DNA from: a virus
Virus record (IMG/VR): IMGVR_UViG_3300018080_000001
Location: 1-64,000 of that record
Reading direction: 5' to 3' (one strand)
DNA: 64,000 bases
The position numbers were made by a program, and so were the translations under genes. Numbering within the stretch: the first letter of the stretch is position 1; each line of letters opens with the position of its first letter. Positions 1 to 7,285 of this stretch are shown here, in pieces. A model generated the notes under the pieces. That model saw only the letters and a program-made list of their open reading frames with translations, did no database searches and had not been told where the DNA came from.

Positions 1-265
1 CAGCAACTCCACCCACGGCTTCCAGATGTCCAACGATCTTGGACGGCACGTACTCATTTGCAGCACTTCCACCAATAGCTGTAGATTGCTCGTCATTCAG
101 GGTATCGATAGCAACGGCAGCGAATTTAACTCTTTCGCTCTGAGCTAATTCCGTGGTATTTGTAACGACGTCTGCATGGTCGGTACCGTTGCTTGTTCTA
201 TGTGTAGTTAGCGCCGTGGCTTCAACACCACTTAAAATTTTTGTGGTACTCAATCTAATAGTCAT
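1..265 (-). CDS. Putative virion structural protein, runs off the left edge; paralog of 301..1002
   Basis: Manual translation MTIRLRVPQKILSGVEATALTT...STAIGGSAANEYVPSKIVGHLEAVGGVA resembles SSALGGVVTDDFIPTRILVDTTAVAGGVP in 301..1002; AAGGAG RBS upstream. Confidence 0.55.
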   Translation of the reverse strand, partial: MTIRLSTTKILSGVEATALTTHRTSNGTDHADVVTNTTELAQSERVKFAAVAIDTLNDEQSTAIGGSAANEYVPSKIVGHLEAVGGVA

Positions 266-300
266 CTGTTTCTCCTTTTATCTAAAAAAGCATATCGCCT

Positions 301-1002
301 TTAGACATATGTACCTTGAATAATAACATTGGCAGTACACGTGGTTAGCCCCGCACCGGTATCAGCGGTTGTCACACGAATATGCAACGTGGCATTAGCC
401 GCAATAAGAGGTAAATCACCGGTAATAGCAATTACATGCTTTGTACCCACCGCTGTTAAACCCGTGAGTGTTGTTGCCGGAAGAATCTGGGTTCCACCCG
501 CCGCAGTACCAATAGTAATGGCAGCATCACCGTTAGGAACACCACCGGCCACCGCAGTTGTATCCACAAGAATGCGTGTGGGAATAAAATCATCAGTCAC
601 AACCCCACCAAGAGCACTGCTCGTGTCCGAAGCCGCACTAATGAGGTCTACAGCCTGGGTGGTACTCAACTGCTGATATGCGGGCGTTTCCAAGGCATCT
701 ATGATACCATCATCATCCGCATCATAATCGTCCTTGGGCATATCCCCGCCAACTTTCCAAGCGGTCATCTGCGCAGCAGTCAAAGTAACAGATCCTCGTG
801 TAACTGCTACCTTAGCCGATGTAATCCAAGACGAAAGAGTATCACAGAGAAGTGTATTTCCCTCTACCTGGTTCAGATTGATGTTCTCGGAGTTAGCGCC
901 TGTTGTGTGCCCAATGTCTAGTCGGGGGACTCCTTCATCCCCGACTAACGATAGAACCGTAGAAGTCCTATTAGTCACAGTAATATACGTGGGTAATGCC
1001 AT
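301..1002 (-). CDS. Putative virion structural/decoration protein (T/G/A-rich, beta-strand C-terminal domain)
   Basis: 233-aa ORF, AAGGAAGG RBS, composition typical of structural proteins. Confidence 0.55.
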   Translation of the reverse strand: MALPTYITVTNRTSTVLSLVGDEGVPRLDIGHTTGANSENINLNQVEGNTLLCDTLSSWITSAKVAVTRGSVTLTAAQMTAWKVGGDMPKDDYDADDDGIIDALETPAYQQLSTTQAVDLISAASDTSSALGGVVTDDFIPTRILVDTTAVAGGVPNGDAAITIGTAAGGTQILPATTLTGLTAVGTKHVIAITGDLPLIAANATLHIRVTTADTGAGLTTCTANVIIQGTYV

Positions 1003-1129
1003 GCTAACCTTCCTTTATATTTTGAGTTGTTTACATTCTTTCCCACATCCAAATAAGCACATATTGTGTGCTCAATCCCTTAACACAAGGCTAACATAAA
1101 TGTATTAGATTTTTTAAAAGAAAAAACTA

Positions 1130-1189
1130 TATAAATAAGAAGGAGGGGCTCCAACAAAGGGGAGCACAAAACCCAAGTGGAGCCCCTCC
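1130..1189 (-). terminator. Rho-independent terminator-like hairpin (12-bp stem, large loop)
   Basis: ggaggggctcca (1142-1153) / tggagcccctcc (1178-1189) perfect inverted repeat, followed on the minus strand by UUCUUAUUU. Confidence 0.65.
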
Positions 1190-1299
1190 CCACACAGAAA
1201 GGAGGTTGTCAGGTCTATTATAATATACGATTATAAAAATATAAAGCTTTTAGTTATATTTTAAATAAAAAGACCCGAGTAGAAAATAGTAGAAACTAC

Positions 1300-1563
1300 T
1301 CAGGTCTTAGAGGGTATTCCAGCTCTTCCGCCGAGAATACGTGTAACATACTTATAATCTAGAGAATGGTCAACAGAATTGCTTATAAATAGGGAATAAA
1401 AAGTATACATGATTGTCTTGGGTGGATGCTTCCATACTTCCTTAGTTATATAATCAGAGAGATATATTTTAGAAACTTTACACAAAGTATATAAACTAAT
1501 GTGTATAAGTTCATTAAAGTCTTTATTAAATTTGTATCTAGTGTTTTCTCCTACAGATTTCAT
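1300..1563 (-). CDS. MKxxG-family microprotein
   Basis: Starts MKSVGE. Confidence 0.6.
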   Translation of the reverse strand: MKSVGENTRYKFNKDFNELIHISLYTLCKVSKIYLSDYITKEVWKHPPKTIMYTFYSLFISNSVDHSLDYKYVTRILGGRAGIPSKT

Positions 1564-1580
1564 TTTTTATGGAAGTCCTG

Positions 1581-1745
1581 TTAAATTTTTGTACACCGTG
1601 TCATAAATCGTATCATAGAATTCATCGTCTCTAATTTCAAATAACGCATAAGATATGCAGTTATCTCAGGAGAAATAAAAAACTCAAGTGAAGTATCAAA
1701 ATAAAAGAAGTCTTCTCTATCTATAATTTCACCCAGTACTTTCAT
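1581..1745 (-). CDS. MKxxG-family microprotein, 54 aa, not in ORF track (possibly frameshifted)
   Basis: Manual translation MKVLGEIIDREDFFYFDTSLEFFISPEITAYLMRYLKLETMNSMIRFMTRCTKI*. Confidence 0.5.
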   Translation of the reverse strand: MKVLGEIIDREDFFYFDTSLEFFISPEITAYLMRYLKLETMNSMIRFMTRCTKI

Positions 1746-1747
1746 AA

Positions 1748-1984
1748 CTACAAATCTATAGTATCCTCAAGCAAATTACGTCCTAAAGGATACCCTATAA
1801 TACTCCAGATAAAAGTATTAAGAGATTCATAAATAGATCTAGAAATGCTAGCATGACTATCAAAATCTATTAAGCTAACTACATGGCATACATCTTTTAT
1901 CCATTTTAAAGCATTCTTATCTTTGTATTTAGAGTCATATCTACCTATAAAATTGTATGCAACAGCTTTACCCAAGTATTTCAT
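1748..1984 (-). CDS. MKxxG-family microprotein
   Basis: Starts MKYLGK. Confidence 0.65.
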   Translation of the reverse strand: MKYLGKAVAYNFIGRYDSKYKDKNALKWIKDVCHVVSLIDFDSHASISRSIYESLNTFIWSIIGYPLGRNLLEDTIDL

Positions 1985-1988
1985 ATTA

Positions 1989-2219
1989 TCACCCGATATA
2001 ATTATAAATATGGGATAAAGTAGATAGTCTTATAAAATATGTTATTTCATCAAAATACCAATGTTTACTTATGAAATAAATTCTTACACTTCTAAAAACA
2101 TCCTCCTGCATGGACACTAGTACTAACTTACCCGCGACATCTTCATCCCAGAAACATAGAAACCAAATATTCTGGTACCCATCGGGTAAGTCCCTAACCG
2201 TGTCGCCCAAAATTTTCAT
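1989..2219 (-). CDS. MKxxG-family microprotein
   Basis: Internal ATG at 2219 gives MKILGD. Confidence 0.6.
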   Translation of the reverse strand: MKILGDTVRDLPDGYQNIWFLCFWDEDVAGKLVLVSMQEDVFRSVRIYFISKHWYFDEITYFIRLSTLSHIYNYIG

Positions 2220-2221
2220 TA

Positions 2222-2437
2222 CTAAAATTCCCACCATATTATAGAATTAATATTACGACCACAGCACTCATAAATTAAAAAATCAACGGATCTTACGGAT
2301 ATATCCAAAAATATGGGAAAAACACTAGATACTATATTTTCGGATACCAAATATCTTATAGACTTAGTTGAAACTCGTGAAAAAGAAACCGACCCATATT
2401 CTATTTGCATAGCAAGTTTTTTACCTAATAATCTCAT
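2222..2437 (-). CDS. MKxxG-family microprotein
   Basis: ATG at 2437 gives MRLLGK and overlaps the upstream gene's stop. Confidence 0.6.
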   Translation of the reverse strand: MRLLGKKLAMQIEYGSVSFSRVSTKSIRYLVSENIVSSVFPIFLDISVRSVDFLIYECCGRNINSIIWWEF

Positions 2438-2649
2438 TCTATAATACAACCATTTCCTACCTGCAATTCAATAATATTTTCTACCCAGAAAAAAATCAAA
2501 GCACCAACTGTTTTATCTACAAAGACTTTTATAAGATAATAATAAATAAATTTAGAAACTGAAATATCAAAATAAAAATCAAGTTCATTAGCAAGTACGG
2601 AATTTTCGTACTCTAACTGTAAATCAAGCTCTTTACCAATAACCTTCAT
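2434..2649 (-). CDS. MKxxG-family microprotein
   Basis: Starts MKVIGK immediately after the 36-bp linker repeat. Confidence 0.65.
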   Translation of the reverse strand: MKVIGKELDLQLEYENSVLANELDFYFDISVSKFIYYYLIKVFVDKTVGALIFFWVENIIELQVGNGCIIE

Positions 2650-2682
2650 ATTTTACACTGCCTATACTTTCAGTCTAATTTT
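2647..2682 (-). repeat. 36-bp gene-junction linker repeat, copy 1 (AAAATTAGACTGAAAGTATAGGCAGTGTAAAATATG)
   Basis: Identical to 5759-5794; near-identical to 5230-5265; partial copies at 4671-4690 and 4968-5000. Confidence 0.9.
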
Positions 2683-2862
2683 TATCGTGTATTTTAAATC
2701 ATAAAAAAGATATTCATTTATACTACCAACTATACTAGCAGCTATAACTTTGTAGTATATATTCCAACAAAGTTCGTCTTCTACTTTATTAATAATAGTA
2801 TTAAAAACATGTCCACGAATACTTTCAATATCATATTTAATCAAATTACCCGAAGTTTTCAC
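2662..2862 (-). CDS. MKxxG-family microprotein
   Basis: GTG start MKTSGN; ends KIRLKV* inside the linker. Confidence 0.6.
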   Translation of the reverse strand: MKTSGNLIKYDIESIRGHVFNTIINKVEDELCWNIYYKVIAASIVGSINEYLFYDLKYTIKIRLKV

Positions 2863-3064
2863 GACTCTCCATCCTATAGTATATAGTCTGATATGTAAAA
2901 TCTGATAACGTATTAAATATTAACTCAGATATTCTAAGTGTTCTCCATTCCACAGGAAATCGAATATTCCACATAAGAGAAGAAGAAACATTGTCAGAAA
3001 CATACTTTTTTATTTCATGAGTATAGAACATGTCCAAAGACTTAGATTTTCCCATGGTTTTCAT
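2846..3064 (-). CDS. MKxxG-family microprotein
   Basis: Starts MKTMGK. Confidence 0.65.
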   Translation of the reverse strand: MKTMGKSKSLDMFYTHEIKKYVSDNVSSSLMWNIRFPVEWRTLRISELIFNTLSDFTYQTIYYRMESRENFG

Positions 3065-3073
3065 AGTATTAAA

Positions 3074-3286
3074 TTACTTATTCAAAATAGCCCTAAATAT
3101 TAATCTTTGATATGGTTTTATAGAGTCTGCCCCAAACATATTAATATTCCTCCAAATACGATTTACCCAGCCTATTTTATATTTCAGCCGGTAGCAATCA
3201 TTAGTATGTCTATTATCCTGAAGAAATTCTTCATATAAATCTCTTTGCTTAATATTATTATCACATATTTTGCCGATATAAAGCAT
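3074..3286 (-). CDS. MKxxG-family microprotein
   Basis: Starts MLYIGK. Confidence 0.6.
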   Translation of the reverse strand: MLYIGKICDNNIKQRDLYEEFLQDNRHTNDCYRLKYKIGWVNRIWRNINMFGADSIKPYQRLIFRAILNK

Positions 3287-3290
3287 AATA

Positions 3291-3518
3291 TTAATCCTCA
3301 GAAACCACTATATCCTGCTGATACAAAGGAATACTGGCAACAGGTTTCTCCGGACTAAGAATTATGGTAGAACTCGTGGTGCTCCTATATTCTCTACCAT
3401 TTAAAAAACACTCACAAGTACAATATGTTGAAGGATTTTCCTTACCCTCTATGTCAGTATAAAATGGACTTCCACAATGAGGGCACTGACCAATTTCTAG
3501 GATTCTCGCAGTAATCAT
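3291..3518 (-). CDS. Small zinc-ribbon protein
   Basis: CPHC...CTCEC motifs. Confidence 0.6.
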   Translation of the reverse strand: MITARILEIGQCPHCGSPFYTDIEGKENPSTYCTCECFLNGREYRSTTSSTIILSPEKPVASIPLYQQDIVVSED

Positions 3519-3542
3519 GTTTATACCTCAAAATACTGTGTT

Positions 3543-3752
3543 TTATCCAAATGGTGACCATAATAAATGGTGTAACGAAGTACTTATTACAGATCTTACA
3601 GAATTCTCTGAAAAATCTGTTGCGACTGAATTACTAACTAAATTCCTAGCTGAGTATCTAACTGAATATCTAGAATACCTAACTAAATCACTAACGGAAT
3701 GCTTAACTGAATAATAAACTGAATTCCTAACTTGTTTTCCTATATTTTTCAT
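3543..3752 (-). CDS. MKxxG-family microprotein with SVxx tetrapeptide repeats
   Basis: MKNIGKQVRNSV... Confidence 0.7.
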   Translation of the reverse strand: MKNIGKQVRNSVYYSVKHSVSDLVRYSRYSVRYSARNLVSNSVATDFSENSVRSVISTSLHHLLWSPFG

Positions 3753-3961
3753 TTTACTATTGCATCTTCAGCTAAAGTCCAAACTAAATAACTAACTGAA
3801 TCCCAAACTGAATACCTAACTAAATTAACAACTGAATCACTAACTGAATTACTAACTGAATTACTAACTGAATTACTAACCAAATTCATAACTGAATCAC
3901 TAACTGAATCCTTAACTGAATCCCTTACTAACTCTTTAACACTCTTACCCACGGCTTTCAT
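3749..3961 (-). CDS. MKxxG-family microprotein with SVxx repeats
   Basis: MKAVGKSV...; ATGA overlaps with both neighbours. Confidence 0.7.
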   Translation of the reverse strand: MKAVGKSVKELVRDSVKDSVSDSVMNLVSNSVSNSVSNSVSDSVVNLVRYSVWDSVSYLVWTLAEDAIVK

Positions 3962-4230
3962 TTTTCTGTACTTTCTTTAATTGAATTATAAAATAAAGCC
4001 CTAGCTGAGTAGCTAACTGAATCACTAACTGAATCCCAAACTGAATCAAAAACGGAATCACTAACTGAATCCCAAACTGAATCAAAAACGGAATCAAAAA
4101 CGGAATCACTAACTGAATCCCAAACTGAATACCAAACTGAATCCCAAACTGAATCCCAAACTGAATCACTAACTGAAACCCTAGCCGAATCCCCAACTAA
4201 ACCCGCAACACTCTTACCTATAATTTTCAT
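3958..4230 (-). CDS. MKxxG-family microprotein with SVWD/SVSD/SVFD repeats
   Basis: MKIIGKSV... Confidence 0.7.
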   Translation of the reverse strand: MKIIGKSVAGLVGDSARVSVSDSVWDSVWDSVWYSVWDSVSDSVFDSVFDSVWDSVSDSVFDSVWDSVSDSVSYSARALFYNSIKESTEK

Positions 4231-4427
4231 TGTTCTATATTTTCTTTAAATGAAGGACTAACTGAATACAAAACTGAATTCCTAACTGAATTCCTAACTG
4301 AAGACAAAACTGAATACCAAACTAAATTCCAAACTGAAACTCTAACTAAATTAACAACTGAATCAATAACTGAATTCCTAACTGAATACCTAACTGAATT
4401 CCTAACTTGTTTTCCTATATTTTTCAT
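4227..4427 (-). CDS. MKxxG-family microprotein with SVxx repeats
   Basis: First 12 aa identical to 3543..3752. Confidence 0.7.
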   Translation of the reverse strand: MKNIGKQVRNSVRYSVRNSVIDSVVNLVRVSVWNLVWYSVLSSVRNSVRNSVLYSVSPSFKENIEQ

Positions 4428-4439
4428 TTTATTAAGACC

Positions 4440-4673
4440 TCATAAATTTTTATTAAAATATATATCGTGAAAGATATATTCGAAATGAGTACTACTGGGT
4501 ATAGCCCTTTCCACAAGACTCTTGATTTTATTATAAATATCTATATTTACCTTTAATATAGGATTGGTTATATAAAGTATACCCAGAGCACCAACTGTAT
4601 GAGTACTCTCATACGCAAAAATCTTAATAGCTTGATCGCAGACATTAATTTTTGTCAATCCTAAATCCTTCAT
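4440..4673 (-). CDS. MKxxG-family microprotein (MKDLGL subtype)
   Basis: Paralog of 4993..5232; follows a half linker. Confidence 0.65.
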   Translation of the reverse strand: MKDLGLTKINVCDQAIKIFAYESTHTVGALGILYITNPILKVNIDIYNKIKSLVERAIPSSTHFEYIFHDIYFNKNL

Positions 4674-4690
4674 ATTTTACACTGCCTATA
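4671..4690 (-). repeat. Linker repeat, 3' half (TATAGGCAGTGTAAAATATG)
   Basis: Exact match to the 3' part of the 2647-2682 linker. Confidence 0.85.
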
Positions 4691-4934
4691 TTTCAAAATA
4701 AGCTACCCATGTATCAAGCACAATTTCCAAATTCATAAAAATAAAATCATTGATATTATTCCAGATAATTATTTCCAGGGGCTCTGTAAGAGCATATTCT
4801 ATAGCACAAACCAAAGTAGTCTTACCCGCCTCAACACACAATGCATCGACCATGCTCCAAATACCATGTTTATAGTCATTGGTTACAAAGTATGTATCTA
4901 TGTAATCTTTTCTATTTTTTCCTAAGTGTTTCAC
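4686..4934 (-). CDS. MKxxG-family microprotein
   Basis: GTG start MKHLGK. Confidence 0.6.
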   Translation of the reverse strand: MKHLGKNRKDYIDTYFVTNDYKHGIWSMVDALCVEAGKTTLVCAIEYALTEPLEIIIWNNINDFIFMNLEIVLDTWVAYFEI

Positions 4935-4992
4935 GTTATATAATATACCGTATTAACTTTATCAAGTATTTTATACTCCACATATATTCAGT

Positions 4993-5232
4993 CTAATTTT
5001 TTTCATCAGTATATAAACTAAAAAATATATCATAAACTGTAGCCTCTAAATATGTAAAAGAACTAACACGCTCTTTTAATTTTTCTTCAACCTCTTCATA
5101 TATATCTATCTTCAAGGGCAAATAAGTATTGACTACAAACATAAAACCCAGAGTAGAATTATAGTTCCAATGCGGAACTATCTTAACACCATTATCATGA
5201 ATATACGTAGATACTAGTCCTAAATCCTTCAT
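4993..5232 (-). CDS. MKxxG-family microprotein (MKDLGL subtype)
   Basis: Flanked by linker copies on both sides. Confidence 0.65.
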   Translation of the reverse strand: MKDLGLVSTYIHDNGVKIVPHWNYNSTLGFMFVVNTYLPLKIDIYEEVEEKLKERVSSFTYLEATVYDIFFSLYTDEKN

Positions 5233-5265
5233 ATTCTATACTGCCTATACTTTCAGTCTAATTTT
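5230..5265 (-). repeat. 36-bp linker repeat copy (2 mismatches)
   Basis: catattctatactgcctatactttcagtctaatttt. Confidence 0.9.
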
Positions 5266-5417
5266 TCATATAAATCTTCAGTAATCAAAGTTGCTTCATA
5301 TAAACTACCGCCTTCTGAGATTGTAAATAGCATTATCCTTATTTCAACCCGAGTATTCATGTAATCTTCAGTACGAACATGATCAGTTATACTAATTCTG
5401 TTTCCTGGTTTTTTCAT
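5253..5417 (-). CDS. MKxxG-family microprotein, 54 aa, not in ORF track
   Basis: Manual translation MKKPGNRISITDHVRTEDYMNTRVEIRIMLFTISEGGSLYEATLITEDLYEKLD*. Confidence 0.6.
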   Translation of the reverse strand: MKKPGNRISITDHVRTEDYMNTRVEIRIMLFTISEGGSLYEATLITEDLYEKLD

Positions 5418-5421
5418 TATA

Positions 5422-5613
5422 CTAAGACTGGTTTTTATCTTTATTCAAACCTGATAATTTACTATTAAAATTTTCAGTTTCTTTTTCAATTTCGTTTACA
5501 ATATTTTTTGTAATTATTCTATTTTTACGAATGCTAAAACCTAAAAAAATAACAACAAATATCTGAACAAATAAAAATAAAAAACTAAACAATTCTAAAT
5601 AGCTTCGCATCAC
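5422..5613 (-). CDS. Small single-pass membrane protein
   Basis: Hydrophobic N-terminus, charged coiled tail; AGGAGG RBS. Confidence 0.6.
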   Translation of the reverse strand: MMRSYLELFSFLFLFVQIFVVIFLGFSIRKNRIITKNIVNEIEKETENFNSKLSGLNKDKNQS

Positions 5614-5761
5614 TTAAAAACCTCCTAACAATTTTTTGTAATCCTTTTCACATTTTCTTCTAATAAATCTATACTCTTGGTAGAATCTTATAAATATATA
5701 CACAAGAGTACTATAAAAAAGAAAAATACAAATAAAAAAAAATAATTAAAAATAAATCCAT
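5614..5761 (-). pseudogene. Small membrane protein interrupted by a frameshift in a T-homopolymer
   Basis: As given it reads MDLFLIIFFYLYFSFL*. Removing one T from the T9 run (5734-5742) gives a 48-aa ORF whose stop abuts the next GTG. Confidence 0.45.
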
Positions 5762-5794
5762 ATTTTACACTGCCTATACTTTCAGTCTAATTTT
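5759..5794 (-). repeat. 36-bp linker repeat copy
   Basis: Identical to 2647-2682. Confidence 0.9.
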
Positions 5795-5945
5795 CCCAGA
5801 GATCTCTATACATTAAAGATTTGTTCCTTGCTATACTACACTTTAGTTCAATATGTATATGAATATATGCAGAAATTGAATTTGTTATATGCTTAGAAGT
5901 AGAAATATAAAAAGGAGGAGATACTTTTTTTCCCAGTGTTTTCAT
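5787..5945 (-). CDS. MKxxG-family microprotein, 52 aa, not in ORF track
   Basis: Manual translation MKTLGKKVSPPFYISTSKHITNSISAYIHIHIELKCSIARNKSLMYRDLWEN*. Confidence 0.6.
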   Translation of the reverse strand: MKTLGKKVSPPFYISTSKHITNSISAYIHIHIELKCSIARNKSLMYRDLWEN

Positions 5946-6060
5946 TTTTCAAGTTTGCTTTCAAATTCAAATAAAAAATCTCATGCCATTGTTCTGGTGA
6001 CAAAGCTCTGTTTTTATTTCTATGTTCTTCGTCATCAATTTTCCTCGTAGACACACACTC

Positions 6061-6435
6061 TTAAAACCCTTCACGCTCTACAGTATAAGGGTACATACCC
6101 TCGTCAATAGTATCCTCTTTATCCTCTATCTTGTCCTCAGCTATTTCTCCTGCGTCTTCCATCACGGTAATGGGGTTAGCCGTCCAAGAGACGTTGGCTG
6201 AGTTAACCATTAACCCGGCATCCGCTTCCGCCAAGGACACCGCCTCATGGATGCCACTGGCTTCTATCTCATAGCTCGCCAGAGTCTCCTGAGTATCCTG
6301 GTCAATAGCATCTACCTTGTACTTCCGTAGCACCAAATCTTCACCTTTGATAATTTTTGATACTTTTCTGTAGTCTACCATTTCGTGTTGCCCTCCCTGT
6401 ATTTTACTTTTCCGTCTTTGATTATCACAGTACAT
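6061..6435 (-). CDS. Acidic protein with basic leader (putative virion-internal); true start probably MVDYRKVSKIIKG
   Basis: RKVSKIIKG resembles the KRVAKIIKG leader of 8415..8858; GGAGG precedes the internal ATG. Confidence 0.6.
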   Translation of the reverse strand: MYCDNQRRKSKIQGGQHEMVDYRKVSKIIKGEDLVLRKYKVDAIDQDTQETLASYEIEASGIHEAVSLAEADAGLMVNSANVSWTANPITVMEDAGEIAEDKIEDKEDTIDEGMYPYTVEREGF

Positions 6436-6640
6436 CCTCTATTAGTTTATTCTTAATTACAACGCCAATGCTTTCAACATGCCCCCAAACTGATCCCCAC
6501 GAAGAACTACTAACTGGTCTATAAACTACGCGCGAAACACAATCCTTAATTACAAAATTCAAATTCATTGGTCTGTAGTGCCCTATATGATGTATGATAT
6601 CTCGAACAGAATTACCCGGTGTTTTCAACTTAGCTTCCAT
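6425..6640 (-). CDS. MKxxG-family microprotein
   Basis: (L)KTPGNSVRD...SWGSVWGHV. Confidence 0.55.
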   Translation of the reverse strand: MEAKLKTPGNSVRDIIHHIGHYRPMNLNFVIKDCVSRVVYRPVSSSSWGSVWGHVESIGVVIKNKLIEDVL

Positions 6641-6649
6641 GATATTAAA

Positions 6650-6817
6650 TTACGATGCTTTCCTGATGTTCTTCAATACTAAATTTTTATCCTTCATCTT
6701 ATCTAAGCTCTTCACTGCGTCTTCAAGTAAACTTCTAGATTTCTTAAATAAGTCTTTGGATTTTCTTAGTAGTTCTTCTGGGTTTATATCGTCTTCAATA
6801 ATATGTTGTTCACTCAT
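6650..6817 (-). CDS. Small coiled-coil protein, 55 aa, not in ORF track
   Basis: Manual translation MSEQHIIEDDINPEELLRKSKDLFKKSRSLLEDAVKSLDKMKDKNLVLKNIRKAS*. Confidence 0.55.
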   Translation of the reverse strand: MSEQHIIEDDINPEELLRKSKDLFKKSRSLLEDAVKSLDKMKDKNLVLKNIRKAS

Positions 6818-6848
6818 AATTTAGTTTCCATATCTCCCCCGCCAAAAA

Positions 6849-7280
6849 TTACGTGGCATACAATGTATCCAGTCTCTCCATCATTAAGCTCTCATCCATT
6901 TGTGCAGCTTCTTCCTGCGTCATCTCTTCAGTTACCACGCGGTTAACCAATTCAAAGTCATTGGGATTCAAGTCTTGTCCAAATTCATCTTTTACCTCTA
7001 GATTATATAGAATATTGCCTTCTTCCGTCTCCAGTGCATGTACGTTAATCCATCTATCGCCCGGAGATGGTGGAAACTTCTCATTCTCAAAAGGTCCGTA
7101 TAACGAAACTTTTGCCGCTATATCTTCTAAGTATGCAGGTTCCGGGGTGGCCTCAACACCCACTTCTGTTCCTTCCGGAGTTTCAAGTTCATATTCAATT
7201 GAAACTAAAAAAGGAAGACCTTCAACTGGTTTGTCCAACGCTTGGGCTATCCTTTTCATTCCTTTGTCCGATATACTCAT
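6849..7280 (-). CDS. Leader-bearing acidic protein (putative virion-internal)
   Basis: MSISDKGMKRIAQ leader followed by a strongly acidic body. Confidence 0.7.
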   Translation of the reverse strand: MSISDKGMKRIAQALDKPVEGLPFLVSIEYELETPEGTEVGVEATPEPAYLEDIAAKVSLYGPFENEKFPPSPGDRWINVHALETEEGNILYNLEVKDEFGQDLNPNDFELVNRVVTEEMTQEEAAQMDESLMMERLDTLYAT

Positions 7281-7285
7281 GGCTT

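Larger units (their letters stand above)
3600..4410. repeat. Degenerate 12-bp tandem repeats (aactgaatNNNN) encoding SV-x-x tetrapeptides across four genes
   Basis: e.g. aactgaatcact / aactgaatccca / aactgaattcct repeated many times. Confidence 0.9.

Noticed and set aside
329-1099. Plus-strand ORFs 329..676 and 734..1099 and similar short plus-strand ORFs throughout
   Set aside because: Antisense to better-supported minus-strand genes, with shadow-like Ser/Phe/Ile-rich composition
3945-4196. Alternative-frame ORF of IQFG repeats
   Set aside because: Frame shadow of the 12-bp repeat; the MKIIGK frame fits the family and the ATGA coupling
2647-5794. Classical integron attC sites or CRISPR repeats
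   Set aside because: No RYYYAAC...GTTRRRY cores and no integrase seen; spacing is gene-sized and irregular
1300-6640. Diversity-generating retroelement as the cause of microprotein variation
   Set aside because: No reverse transcriptase in the window, and no template/variable repeat pair differing only at adenines; 3543 vs 4227 differ at several base types
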